Shown piece by piece: positions 55,220 to 64,000 of a DNA stretch of 64,000 nucleotides. The position numbers were made by a program, and so were the translations under genes. Where the stretch lies: positions 5,312,001 through 5,376,000 of the forward strand of contig CAVTTN010000002.1 of the NCBI GenBank assembly GCA_963737655.1, written 5' to 3'. How positions within the stretch are numbered: the first letter of the stretch is position 1; each line of letters starts with the position of its first letter. Origin of the DNA: an uncultured Planctomycetota bacterium (GTDB lineage Bacteria > Planctomycetota > Planctomycetia > Isosphaerales > Isosphaeraceae). The notes beneath the pieces are model-generated. The model was not told the origin of the DNA. It was given only the letters and a program-made list of their open reading frames with translations, and made no database searches.

Positions 55220-55786
55220 TCAGGCGGTCTCGTGCTTGCCCAGGGGGGACTCGGGGGCCAGGCGGTCGCGGCCGTGGGCTTCCTGGTCGTCGTCGTGCTC
55301 GTCGGCGGTCATCTCGTCCATGACGGGGTTGACCCCCTCGCCCATCTCCTCGACGAGCTTGCCGCCGAGCCACGCGGTATAGAGCGAGAGCCCGCCTCCG
55401 GCCATCGCCAGGAGCCGCGAGGCCGCGCTCGCCGGCCGCCCTCGCTGGTGGTCGCGCACCCGCATCACGTAGCTCGTGACGAACAGGGTGCCGACGACCG
55501 AGTTGCCCAGCGCATGGGTGGTGGCAACCTCGTGGCTCGGGCGGTCTACGGGGATCTTGCTGTAATCGTAAAGCCCCGTGACGGCGGACCCCGCGGCGCC
55601 CACCAGCCCCACGGCCAGGCTCAGCCGGGCCGCGTCGTCGTATTTCTTCTCGCCGGTGATCATCGCCAGGCCGTCGCAGACGTTGCTGAACGACCAGGCC
55701 CCCAGAGGCAACGCCACGATCGCCGGATGCGGGCTGTGGCCGAGCAAGTCGTAAGTCTTTTTCACCAAAAGCGAGATCGGGTCCAT
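55220..55786 (-). CDS. DUF2231 family membrane protein
   Basis: GHSPHPAIVALPLG, VTGLYD, HALGN and WLGGKLV. Confidence 0.82.
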   Translation of the reverse strand: MDPISLLVKKTYDLLGHSPHPAIVALPLGAWSFSNVCDGLAMITGEKKYDDAARLSLAVGLVGAAGSAVTGLYDYSKIPVDRPSHEVATTHALGNSVVGTLFVTSYVMRVRDHQRGRPASAASRLLAMAGGGLSLYTAWLGGKLVEEMGEGVNPVMDEMTADEHDDDQEAHGRDRLAPESPLGKHETA

Positions 55787-55800
55787 CGAAGAAGCTCTCC

Positions 55801-55905
55801 GTGGGGTGCATGAAATGCCTTGTGGGGTCCGCTATTGCGGACCTCTTCGCCTCTCATCGAATCGGATCGAATCGGATCGAAGAGGTCCGCAATAGCGGAC
55901 CCTAC
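55801..55905. repeat. Composite REP cluster: one family A copy plus a family B pair
   Basis: GTGGGGTGCATGAAATGC, then GTGGGGTCCGCTATTGCGGACCTCTTCG...CGAAGAGGTCCGCAATAGCGGACCCTAC. Confidence 0.85.
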
Positions 55906-55969
55906 GGGAATCGAAGGTCCCCGGAGGGCGCGCTCCGCACTCCCAGGCCGTCCCAATCCCCGGCTCAAG

Positions 55970-56362
55970 TCACTGCGGCCCGCGAGGGGTGCCGGTCTTG
56001 ATCGTGTCGGGTGCCTTGGTGGCTCCGGCGGCCGAGGCGCCGGTGTCGTCGGCCGGGGGATTGGCGCGGACGGAATCGGGGTTGCCTCCCTTGGGCAACT
56101 GGGGCTGACCGCCCTCGGTGCCTCCGCCGTTGCCTCCGGGTCCGGAGTCTCGGTGATTGTCGCCGGCCTGGCCCAGGGCCTCGCCGCGACCGGACGTCGA
56201 GGGGAGGGGCAGGTCGTCGCGGACGGCCGGCTTCTCGGTGCCTCCGGGCGCGGGGCCGTTGGTGAACCCCGCGTTCGTCCCGACCGGCCGATCGCACCCG
56301 GCCAGTCCGGCCAGCCCGAGGGTCGCCGTCAGCCCCAGGGAAAGACGCCAGTTCCTCATCAT
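55970..56362 (-). CDS. Small low-complexity lipoprotein
   Basis: MMRNWRLSLGLTATLGLAGLAGC (lipobox); Gly/Pro-rich mature region. Confidence 0.72.
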   Translation of the reverse strand: MMRNWRLSLGLTATLGLAGLAGCDRPVGTNAGFTNGPAPGGTEKPAVRDDLPLPSTSGRGEALGQAGDNHRDSGPGGNGGGTEGGQPQLPKGGNPDSVRANPPADDTGASAAGATKAPDTIKTGTPRGPQ

Positions 56363-56448
56363 CGGAGTCCTCGCGCGGGGCATCCCGCGAACAGCAAAAA
56401 CGCGCCACTTTTCCAAGGCCGAAACGGCCCCGATGTTCGGGAGAAGCC

Positions 56449-56479
56449 GCGAACGCCGTGCCGTCGGCATGCCGGATGC
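56449..56479. promoter_or_regulatory. Back-to-back divergent sigma-54-like promoters
   Basis: Minus strand CGGCACGGCGTTCGC (56449-56463) and plus strand CGGCATGCCGGATGC (56465-56479). Confidence 0.55.
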
Positions 56480-56549
56480 GACGAAGACGCGCCCCGAGGC
56501 GCCTCGATCCCCGCACGGTGCGCGACCGACCCGAGAGAAGGCCGATCCG

Positions 56550-57533
56550 ATGCCGACCTCCGACAGATTCCCCCCGCTCCGCCTCAAAGCGGCCCTGTCC
56601 CTGGGCGGGCTCTCGCCGAGAGAGGTCGTCTCGCGGACCTGGAAGAAGCTCAACGAGCACGAGATCCTCACCCGGGCCTCGGCCATCTCGTTCTACGCCA
56701 TGCTGGCGTTCGTCCCTTTGCTCGCCCTGATCCTCACGGTGCTCGTCCAGCTCCTGCCGGACCTCTCCGGCCTGACCGGCCGGACCACCGGGCTGGCGAA
56801 CCTGACCGTCGATCAGTTCCGGGCCACCCTCCGCGAGGCGCTGCCTCAAGAGGCCTACGGCGTGGTCGAGGACCAGATCAAAAGGATGCAGAAGGAGCCG
56901 CCGTTCGGCCTGCTCTCCTTCGGCCTGCTGATCGCCCTGTGGACCTCCACCAGCCTGTTCGTGACCGTGATGGACTCCATGAACCGGGTCTGCGGGGTGG
57001 AGGAGACCCGGTCGTTCCTCCGCCAGAGGGTCGTGGCCCTGATCATGACGCTGATCCAGTCGGCCATCCTGATCGGCGCGTTGATCGTGGTGGTCGCCGG
57101 GCCGGAGATCCTCCACTGGGTCGGCATCCACGGCCATTCGGCGACCCTGGCGCTGATCGTCCAGTGGTCGGTGGTCGCCCTGATGGTCCTCCTGAGCTTC
57201 GCCCTGGCGTTCTACGTCGGGCCCGACGCCGACCAGAAATGGGAGTGGATCACCCCGGGCAGCTTCGTCGGGACGCTCGCCTTCCTCGGCTTCACGGTCC
57301 TGTTCCGCATCTACATCCAGAAGTTCGCCCACTACGACCGCGCCTATGGATCGCTCGGGGGCGTGATGGCGCTGATGCTCTGGCTCTGGGTCACCAGCGT
57401 GATCCTGCTGACGGCCGGGCAGGTGAATCAGGTGATCGAGGACGCGTCTCCCCTGGGCAAGACGTTCGGCCAGAAGACCGACAAGACCGACGCGCCGGAC
57501 TTCTCCGAGATGACTCCGCAGCCGTTGAAGTGA
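56550..57533 (+). CDS. yihY: YihY/BrkB family membrane protein
   Basis: ASAISFYAMLAFVP, FYVGPD, WITPGS and YDRAYGSLGGVMALMLWLW. Confidence 0.9.
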   Translation: MPTSDRFPPLRLKAALSLGGLSPREVVSRTWKKLNEHEILTRASAISFYAMLAFVPLLALILTVLVQLLPDLSGLTGRTTGLANLTVDQFRATLREALPQEAYGVVEDQIKRMQKEPPFGLLSFGLLIALWTSTSLFVTVMDSMNRVCGVEETRSFLRQRVVALIMTLIQSAILIGALIVVVAGPEILHWVGIHGHSATLALIVQWSVVALMVLLSFALAFYVGPDADQKWEWITPGSFVGTLAFLGFTVLFRIYIQKFAHYDRAYGSLGGVMALMLWLWVTSVILLTAGQVNQVIEDASPLGKTFGQKTDKTDAPDFSEMTPQPLK

Positions 57534-57535
57534 GG

Positions 57536-58173
57536 TCAGAAGTCCGGGAACGTCATCGCGCCGAGGACCAGGCCCTGGCCAAAGACCTGTTCGATCCGTC
57601 CCGAGGGGACCACGTCGCGATCGGCGAAGAGCCAGCAGAGCCCGCGGCCGGGGTCGGAGGCGAGCACGCGGAACCCGCCGAAGACCTCGGCCCCGAGATC
57701 GGCAGGTTCGCGCGTCCCCTCGTCGCCAGGTCCTTCGCCATCAGCCCGAGGATCGACGGCAAGAGCTCCAGGGCCGCCGGGCCGTGATAGACCAGGCGAT
57801 GGGCGGGGTGGTCCGTCAGGAGGAACGGAGGCTCCGGGTATCGCCAGGGGGCCTCGCTGATCCAGTACCACCGGGGACCGTTCCAGACGTGGCCTCGGAG
57901 GATGTCCGGGTCGCCGACCGACCGCGTCTCGGTGGCGGCGATCGCGCGGAAGCTCCCGAGGGCGTCCTCGTCGGCCATCTCCAGGTCGTCGGGATCAACG
58001 AGATCGAACAGGTCGAATTCCACGGCCCTGGGGCCGCACCGGAAGGGCCTCCCCGGAGGGCCGAGGACATCCATCACCATCTGAAGCGTGCCGGGCCGGG
58101 TCTCCATCGTCGTCCCCCTCGGGAGAACGATCTCTCGATCTCCGAGGATACCATCGGGAACGGCGATCGGCAC
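57536..58173 (-). CDS. Hypothetical protein, possible frameshift at ~57725
   Basis: Coding-like frame starts at GTG 58173 immediately after the GTPase stop and switches frame near 57705-57725. Confidence 0.45.
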
Positions 58174-58175
58174 GA

Positions 58176-59695
58176 TCAGGATCGCCCCGCCCCGGCCTTG
58201 CGGTTGGCCCGGGTCTCCTGGAGGTTGGACCAGAGCTTGCGGCCCTGGCGGCCGACCTGGCCGATCAGCCTCCGGGCCTTGGAGCGCGTCGAGGTCTCGT
58301 ACATGTGACGGAGGACGGCCGTCTTCTCGGCGCGGTCGAGCAACGGCGCGAGCGCCGGCAGGAATTTCTCGGCCAGGCCCGCCGGCGGATCGACCTCGAC
58401 GACCCCCGCCACCGCCTCGGGCAAGGCCGAGCGGACCGCCGCCAGCTTCGCCCGGGCGATCGCCTCGCGGTTCACCGCGCCGTCCATCGGCAAGCGAGCC
58501 ATCCCGACGACCACGGCCAGGATCGGCGGCCGATCCAGGGTGGGGACCTTGGCGAAATAGGCGTCGATGGCGTCGATCAGGCGGATCTCGGGCGTGAGGT
58601 CGTCCCGGGAGGCGTCCACGACCAGCAGGATCAAATCGGCGTCGCGGGCGTCGTCGGCGGCCTCCCGGCGCGTGGCGCGGTCCCGGGCCGACTCGGGGAC
58701 GTGCACGGTATAGCCGGGGATCTCGACCCACTGGGCCGTCTTCAGGAGGTCGGCGAGCCCGTCGTCGAAGCCGTCGGCCGAGAGCCGGCCCTTGACGACG
58801 TTCAGGTGGTGGTCGCAGGCGGCCTTCGCCGCCTCGATCAGGGCGGTCTTGCCCACGTCCCGGGCCCCGTCAGCGCGATCCTCAGGGGGGACGGCCCGGC
58901 GACCTCCTTCGGCCGGGCCCCGGGCCGGGCCTTCCTCGTGAGCTTGCGATAGCCCTCCGCCCCGATCGCCAAACGGCCGCTGTAGAGCTCGATCAGGTGG
59001 ATTCCCAATCGGTTCACGTAGGCGCGGAAGAACCAGCGCAACACGTTGTGCTGCATGCTCTTCCACGCCGGCTGCGTCAGCAGTTTCGTGGTCCCGAGGC
59101 GGACCAATCCGGTCGTCGGCTGGAACAGGGGCAGCAGGTAACCATAGACCTCGTTCGCCTTGGAGATCCAACCGGCGGCCTGCACGGCCTTCTTCCAGTG
59201 GCTGGCCGTGACCATGTCGCCGCCGGGCACCTCCCGGCAGAGCGCCTCCAGGTCCTCGGCCGCGAGCTCCAGGGCCGTGAGGATCTGGACCACCGGCAGA
59301 TGCTCCACCGGGTTGGTCGAGAGCGGGTGATAATGGGCCGCGAGCCTCGCGACCAGCTTCTTGCCGGTCTCGACGTAGACATCCACGTTCGTCAACGATT
59401 CCATCGGCAAGGTTTCGGACGTTTCCGCTTCCTGCTCGACGAGGTCCCAGGCCAGCTTGTCGTGGTTGGAGAACGTCCGGGGGGAGTCCCAGTCGATCGG
59501 AGGCAAGACGGCCTCGCGATCTCTCGTCCAGCGGACGGCGAGGAAGTACGCGACGGTCCCCAGCGCCGCCCAGATCGCGAAGCCATAGAAGCCCCACCCA
59601 TGATCCTTCAGCCACAACGCCCCGAGGCCGATGTACGCGGCCATCGGGCCGACGAAGAGGACCAGGAGGACCCAGACTCGCCAGCTTCGGACCAC
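58176..59695 (-). CDS. Membrane-anchored P-loop GTPase-domain protein, apparent frameshift at ~58863
   Basis: Two N-terminal TM segments; restoring one base gives Walker A GxRDVGKT; EIPG and ADLILLVVDA follow. Confidence 0.7.
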
Positions 59696-59707
59696 GGGAC
59701 ACTCCCT

Positions 59708-59839
59708 ATGGGTGCATGGAACGCACCCATCCTGAGGCGGCCTCGGGGCCGCCATCGGCAGATCAGATCATTCGGAAGCCGACGCCGACTATACCATCGG
59801 AGGCCGGCCGCTTGCGTTGGTGCATTTCATGCACCCTAC
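59708..59839. repeat. REP pair (family A, one degenerate arm)
   Basis: ATGGGTGCATGGAACGCACCC ... GGTGCATTTCATGCACCCTAC. Confidence 0.75.
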
Positions 59840-59935
59840 GGGACAGGAGCCATCTCCCCAAACGCTTCGGGGCCGCCCCGAATCGGATTCGGAGCGGCCC
59901 CGAGGGGACGTCTCTGGCCGTCGGTCGCCGACCGA

Positions 59936-60349
59936 TCAATGGCCGGGCATGTGTCGGGCGATCGATTCGGGGACGTGCATGTGACGGATGCGGTCGCGGA
60001 CCGACTCCGGCAGGTTACGGAGCGAGTCGGGCACGTAGCGATCGTACCAGGACTCCTCCTCGCGACGGGTCAGCAGCACCGTCAGCAACACGCCCAGGCC
60101 GAAGCCGACGCCGAACCCCATGAGGACCGAGGGCGCGGGATTGCGGGCGATCATCCCCTCGGCCTGGCGGTAGCCGTGGGTGATCCCCTCGCGGGCCGCC
60201 CCGTAGCCGTCTCGGACGCGCTCGCCGACCTGCGAGGCGCCGTCCTGGATCTTCTGGCCGGCTTCGTGGATGCGGTCGCCCAGGCCCTGGCCCTGGCCCT
60301 GCCCGGCGCCGCCGTTGTGCCGCTCCTGGCCTTGCTTTCCGGTCGGCAT
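59936..60349 (-). CDS. Small ElaB/DUF883-like membrane-anchored protein
   Basis: Amphipathic repeats, then IARNPAPSVLMGFGVGFGLGVLL. Confidence 0.7.
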   Translation of the reverse strand: MPTGKQGQERHNGGAGQGQGQGLGDRIHEAGQKIQDGASQVGERVRDGYGAAREGITHGYRQAEGMIARNPAPSVLMGFGVGFGLGVLLTVLLTRREEESWYDRYVPDSLRNLPESVRDRIRHMHVPESIARHMPGH

Positions 60350-60458
60350 GATCGCCTCCCTTACTCGTAAAACGATCTGAGGAACTCGCGGAACTCCCGA
60401 CGGGCCGCCCCCCGAGCGAATCGGCGGGCACCCGTCACGACTCTCGACCCAGGAGGAA

Positions 60459-60473
60459 GCAAGGCCCGTGCCG
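60459..60473 (-). promoter_or_regulatory. Sigma-54 -24/-12 promoter
   Basis: CGGCACGGGCCTTGC(T), about 110 bp upstream of ATG 60349. Confidence 0.7.
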
Positions 60474-60653
60474 ACGACCCGTCCCATCCCGGCCCGCCCG
60501 ACTCGCCTCCGAAAAAAATCATTTGGCGATCGGGCCGAAATCTCCCGTACTCTGAGACGAAGACTGTGTGCCGGGCGCCCGGGACACGGGACTCGCCGGC
60601 CCGGCAACGGGTCGGTCGGGGCCTCGCCGGAAAAAGGCCGACTCGCCGGACTC

Positions 60654-60668
60654 TGGCATGAAGGGTGC
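60654..60668 (+). promoter_or_regulatory. Sigma-54 -24/-12 promoter
   Basis: TGGCATGAAGGGTGC, about 97 bp upstream of ATG 60765. Confidence 0.55.
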
Positions 60669-60764
60669 CCCGTCGCTATAACTGTCGTGGGGCGAGGACC
60701 GACCCATCGGGGGATCGGCCCGCCTGCGGACCATCTGCACCATCGAAACCGAGGAATCGTCACC

Positions 60765-60941
60765 ATGAAGCGCTCGCTGATCCTGTCGCTGGCCCTGGCC
60801 GTCATCGCTCCCATCGGCCTCATCGGCTGCGGCGAGGAGACCGGCACCACCACCAAGACCACCACCACGACCCCGGCCGGCAAGGTCACCGAGACCTCCT
60901 CCGACAAGGTCGAGAAGACCGGCGACATGAAGGACAAGTGA
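60765..60941 (+). CDS. Small Thr-rich lipoprotein (58 aa)
   Basis: GAGGA RBS; MKRSLILSLALAVIAPIGLIGC lipobox. Confidence 0.8.
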   Translation: MKRSLILSLALAVIAPIGLIGCGEETGTTTKTTTTTPAGKVTETSSDKVEKTGDMKDK

Positions 60942-60990
60942 GCGCCTTCCCCCGGGACGCTCACTAGCCTTTTCGATCCGATCGTTTCGA

Positions 60991-61027
60991 CGCCCTCCGG
61001 GAAGTTTTCCCGGGGGGTGTTTTTTTT
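60991..61027 (+). terminator. Rho-independent terminator
   Basis: Stem CGCCCTCCGGGAA/TTCCCGGGGGGTG followed by a run of about 9 T. Confidence 0.7.
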
Positions 61028-61074
61028 CGCCTCGGGACCCCACTCTCGAGAAAATCACCGAACCGCACGAGGAT

Positions 61075-61090
61075 TGGCACTCCCCTTGCA
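61075..61090 (+). promoter_or_regulatory. Sigma-54 -24/-12 promoter
   Basis: TGGCACTCCCCTTGCA (near consensus), about 73 bp upstream of csbD. Confidence 0.78.
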
Positions 61091-61162
61091 GTGCATTCAC
61101 GTCCCATGTGACACCGGCTCCGAGGCCGGGAGGATCGGTTCGAGAAGACCCGGAGAACGACG

Positions 61163-61585
61163 ATGATCAACGCTCAGGAACTTCAGGGGCAGTGGAACCA
61201 GCTCAAGGGCAAGGTCAAGGAGAAGTGGGGCCAGCTCTCCGACGATGACCTGAACATCAGCGGCGGGAACTTCGACCAGCTCGTCGGCAAGATCCAGCAG
61301 AGGACCGGCGAGGGCCGCGAGGCCATCGAGAAGTTCTTCAACACGCTGACCGCCCAGGGCGGCTCGGCCGTCTCCCAGGCCGCCGAGAAGGCCCGCGACT
61401 TCGCCCAGCACGCCGGCGAACGCCTCCGCGACTCCTACGGCTCCGCCACCGACTTCGCCCGGGACCGCTACGAGATGGCCGAGGACCTGGTCCGCCACCG
61501 GCCCGGCCAGTCCGTCGCCGCGGCCTTCGGCCTCGGCCTGGTGGTCGGCCTGGTGGTCGGCATCGCCGTCCGAAGCAGCCGATAA
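61163..61585 (+). CDS. csbD: CsbD family protein with ElaB-like C-terminal TM anchor
   Basis: LQGQWNQLKGKVKEKWGQLSDDDL...DQLVGKIQQRTG; C-terminal RHRPGQSVAAAFGLGLVVG. Confidence 0.88.
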   Translation: MINAQELQGQWNQLKGKVKEKWGQLSDDDLNISGGNFDQLVGKIQQRTGEGREAIEKFFNTLTAQGGSAVSQAAEKARDFAQHAGERLRDSYGSATDFARDRYEMAEDLVRHRPGQSVAAAFGLGLVVGLVVGIAVRSSR

Positions 61586-61606
61586 CCTTCGCCTTCGTTC
61601 GCTTTC

Positions 61607-61663
61607 GTAGGGCAGGCCTTGGCCTGCCGGACCGTGGGGACGGCAGGCCAAGGCCTGCCCTAC
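61607..61663. repeat. REP pair (family C)
   Basis: GTAGGGCAGGCCTTGGCCTGCC (61607-61628) and inverted copy (61642-61663). Confidence 0.88.
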
Positions 61664-61768
61664 GAAGGATAAAACCAGGCAAATCACCGTCGATCCGCAG
61701 CACGTGAACCGCGTGTCCGTCCTTCGTCCGCCTTCACTTCCCCTCACCTCTGGGATAGGAGCATCGCC

Positions 61769-61945
61769 ATGCTTCGCTGGGCCCTGACGTTCGCGATCCT
61801 CGCCCTCGTGGCCGGTCTCCTCGGCTTCGGCGGCCTTGCCGGCGACTTCTCGTACATCGCCAAGATCCTCCTGTTCGTCTTCGTGGTCCTGTTCGTCGTC
61901 GCCCTGATCGCCGGCCGCCGCGTCCTGGGCGGGCCAACGGTCTAG
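61769..61945 (+). CDS. DUF1328 (UPF0391/YtjA-like) small membrane protein
   Basis: Hand translation: [66 protein letters not shown]; not in the ORF track. Confidence 0.9.
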   Translation: MLRWALTFAILALVAGLLGFGGLAGDFSYIAKILLFVFVVLFVVALIAGRRVLGGPTV

Positions 61946-61982
61946 GGTCGGTTTATACCACCCGAACACTCAACGCGCCTCG

Positions 61983-62030
61983 GAACGGGGGGCGGGCACC
62001 GGCGAGTCTTGCCGGGTCCGCCCCCCGTTT
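61983..62030. terminator. GC-rich hairpin between convergent genes
   Basis: AACGGGGGGCGG...CCGCCCCCCGTT. Confidence 0.55.
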
Positions 62031-62053
62031 CGCGTTGCGATGCGGAGGGCCGT

Positions 62054-62758
62054 TCACCCCCCCATCTTCCACAATTTCTCCAGGACCGCGAAGGTCTCCG
62101 GGTCGTAAGCCTTGAGCTCGGCCCGGACGAACGGATAAAAATCGTTCGTCCCGAAGAACGCCTCGGTCGCCTCGGCGAAGAATTCCATCGGGTCGGTCAG
62201 GGCATACGCCTTCTCGTCCCGGCCGTTGATCCGCAGGACCGATTGATAGCTCCCCGCCGCCTTCGCCCTCTCGAACGCCCTCCTCACGTCCTTGTTCTCG
62301 AACCCCCCGTCCAGCTTCTGGTGATGGTAGCCGTGGGCCAGCTCGTGGAGGACCATCCACGGCTGATCGATCGTCCACGACAGGAAGTTCTTGGCGTTGG
62401 CGATCTCGACGCACCGGGCCTTCTCCTCGCTCATCCCGTGATCGCGGAGCCAGCCGGCGTCGGGGTGGTACGCCATGCATGGATGATGAGGCTCGGCCTC
62501 CTCGACCCAGATCGTGATGGTGCGCAACTTACCGACAGCATCGGAAGGCAGCCTCCGAACGATCTGCGAAAGCTGGACGCGGAGGAGGTCCAGGGTCTTG
62601 GCGGCGAGCTCGGGCCGATCGCGGAGGAATGCCTCGTTCACCCGGACGGGCCAGCCCTCGATGTCGCGATCGGCGTAGGTCTCCGCCCCTTTCGCGGCCC
62701 CGGCGACGATCGCCGGCAACAGGGCCAGGAGGCGTAACTTCCGTAATGCTAGTGACAT
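62054..62758 (-). CDS. Secreted zinc metallopeptidase (HExxH)
   Basis: Signal peptide; VLHELAHGYH, YALTDPMEFFAEATEAFF and NDFYPF. Confidence 0.82.
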   Translation of the reverse strand: MSLALRKLRLLALLPAIVAGAAKGAETYADRDIEGWPVRVNEAFLRDRPELAAKTLDLLRVQLSQIVRRLPSDAVGKLRTITIWVEEAEPHHPCMAYHPDAGWLRDHGMSEEKARCVEIANAKNFLSWTIDQPWMVLHELAHGYHHQKLDGGFENKDVRRAFERAKAAGSYQSVLRINGRDEKAYALTDPMEFFAEATEAFFGTNDFYPFVRAELKAYDPETFAVLEKLWKMGG

Positions 62759-62797
62759 GGGTCAAGCTCCGGGGGGCGGATTCCGCACGGGCTCCGA

Positions 62798-62812
62798 TGG
62801 CCCGTGAATTGC
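62798..62812 (+). promoter_or_regulatory. Sigma-54-like promoter
   Basis: TGGCCCGTGAATTGC, about 120 bp upstream of GTG 62932. Confidence 0.6.
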
Positions 62813-62931
62813 CTTCGGAGATACCAGAACCGAAGCCGCCGGGCGAGGGAGTTCCCGGCCCCCGAGTCCCCGGAGCCATCCCGGGCGGGCACACCCCGCC
62901 GAAATTTTCGCTTTTTTCGGAGATTAGCGCA

Positions 62932-64000
62932 GTGAATCGTTGGAAATCCCGCCCGACCGTACTCGCCGCCCTCGCGGTGCTGCTGACCCTGTCCTCCCCC
63001 CGAGAACTTCTTGCCCAGATCCCCGGGCTTCCGGCGCCTCCGGCCGCCAAGGGGTCTGCGACGGCCCCGAAGCCCGATTCGGGCCTCGACACGCCCAAGG
63101 CCAAGGTCGCCACGACCTCGGGCCCGATCGCCCTCCGCGAGACCGTCTCGGACTCCGCCCTCAAGACGACCCTGGAACGGCTCCTGGCCCGTTATCCGGG
63201 CGTCCGCAACGTGAATGTGGCGGTGGACAACGGGTTTGTGACGCTCGAAGGGCAGGTGGACGACGACGAGACCCACGACGAGATCACCGACTTCGTCCGC
63301 CGGGTCGAGGGGGTCCGCCTGGTCCTGAACCTGATGCTGACCGACGACGAGGTGATGTCCGGCACCCAGCTTGCCCGGCGCGAGCTCAGCGTCTTCACCA
63401 CCTTCTTCGCCCGCCGATGGTTGCTGATGCTGGTGAGCCTGGTCGTGGTCCTGGCCGGGGTGCTCCTGGCCCGGCTGTTCGCCCGCTATTCCGAAACGCT
63501 GCTGGCCCCATTCGTCCCCAACCCCCTGCTCCGCTCGGTCGTCGGCTCGGTGCTTGGCGGGGTGATCGTCCTGGGCGGCCTGATCCTGGCGCTGTCGATC
63601 TTGAGGCTGACTCATGCGGTGCTGTCGATCGTGGGGCTGGCGAGCATCGTCGGGCTGGCCGTGGGGTTCGCGTTCAAGGACATCACGGAGAACTTCATCG
63701 CGTCGGTCCTGCTGGGCGTCCGTCGGCCGTTCCGGGTGGGAGACGCCATCCAGGTGGCCGGCCAGTCCGGCGTGGTCCAGTCGCTGAACACCCGGGCGAC
63801 CATGCTCGTGACGGCCGAGGGGAAGCACGTCCGGATCCCGAACGTGGTGATCTACAAGGAGATCCTCGTCAACTCCTCGACCAGCTCGCGGACCCGGGGG
63901 ACGTTCGACCTGGTGATCCCGGCGGAGGCCTCGACCTCGGCGGCCCTGGAGGCGATCGCCTCGGCCCTCCGTTCGCAAGACGGCATCCTCGCCGACCCGT
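62932..64000 (+). CDS. BON domain-MscS mechanosensitive channel fusion, 3' end runs off the window
   Basis: Hand translation: signal peptide; BON-like VNVAVDNGFVTLEGQV...VEGVRLV; MscS-like GLAVGFAFKDITENFIASVLLGVRRPFRVGDAI and VRIPN. Confidence 0.87.
   Translation, partial: MNRWKSRPTVLAALAVLLTLSSPRELLAQIPGLPAPPAAKGSATAPKPDSGLDTPKAKVATTSGPIALRETVSDSALKTTLERLLARYPGVRNVNVAVDNGFVTLEGQVDDDETHDEITDFVRRVEGVRLVLNLMLTDDEVMSGTQLARRELSVFTTFFARRWLLMLVSLVVVLAGVLLARLFARYSETLLAPFVPNPLLRSVVGSVLGGVIVLGGLILALSILRLTHAVLSIVGLASIVGLAVGFAFKDITENFIASVLLGVRRPFRVGDAIQVAGQSGVVQSLNTRATMLVTAEGKHVRIPNVVIYKEILVNSSTSSRTRGTFDLVIPAEASTSAALEAIASALRSQDGILADP

Overview
This 64 kb window is GC-rich bacterial chromosome with no rRNA, tRNA, CRISPR array, transposase or integrase that I could see. 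Gene content points to a planctomycete, probably Isosphaeraceae-like: a DUF1549/DUF1553 cytochrome protein, a DUF1552/DUF1592 pair, DUF1080, an LExRxLL-type secretion motif and an ECF sigma-Ser/Thr kinase pair. Main modules: (1) a hydroxyproline catabolic operon divergent from a double-HTH GntR regulator, an S9 peptidase and ltaE; (2) a TetR-controlled RND efflux locus with two permeases, followed by a B12 radical SAM gene; (3) a three-gene DAB/Mps inorganic carbon transporter; (4) an ECF sigma factor plus STK-TPR kinase and a diguanylate cyclase; (5) a cluster of small stress genes (DUF2231, YihY, ElaB-like, CsbD, DUF1328, BON-MscS) with five sigma-54 -24/-12 motifs plus one near-match. Non-coding structure includes (CAGTGGG)n...(CCCACTG)n inverted heptamer cassettes with G-quadruplex potential, three GTAG-type REP families, a perfect 40 bp inverted repeat and a nested hairpin. 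About 12 apparent single-base deletions split otherwise intact genes and are most likely sequencing errors. Family assignments come from motif recognition by eye, not database searches.
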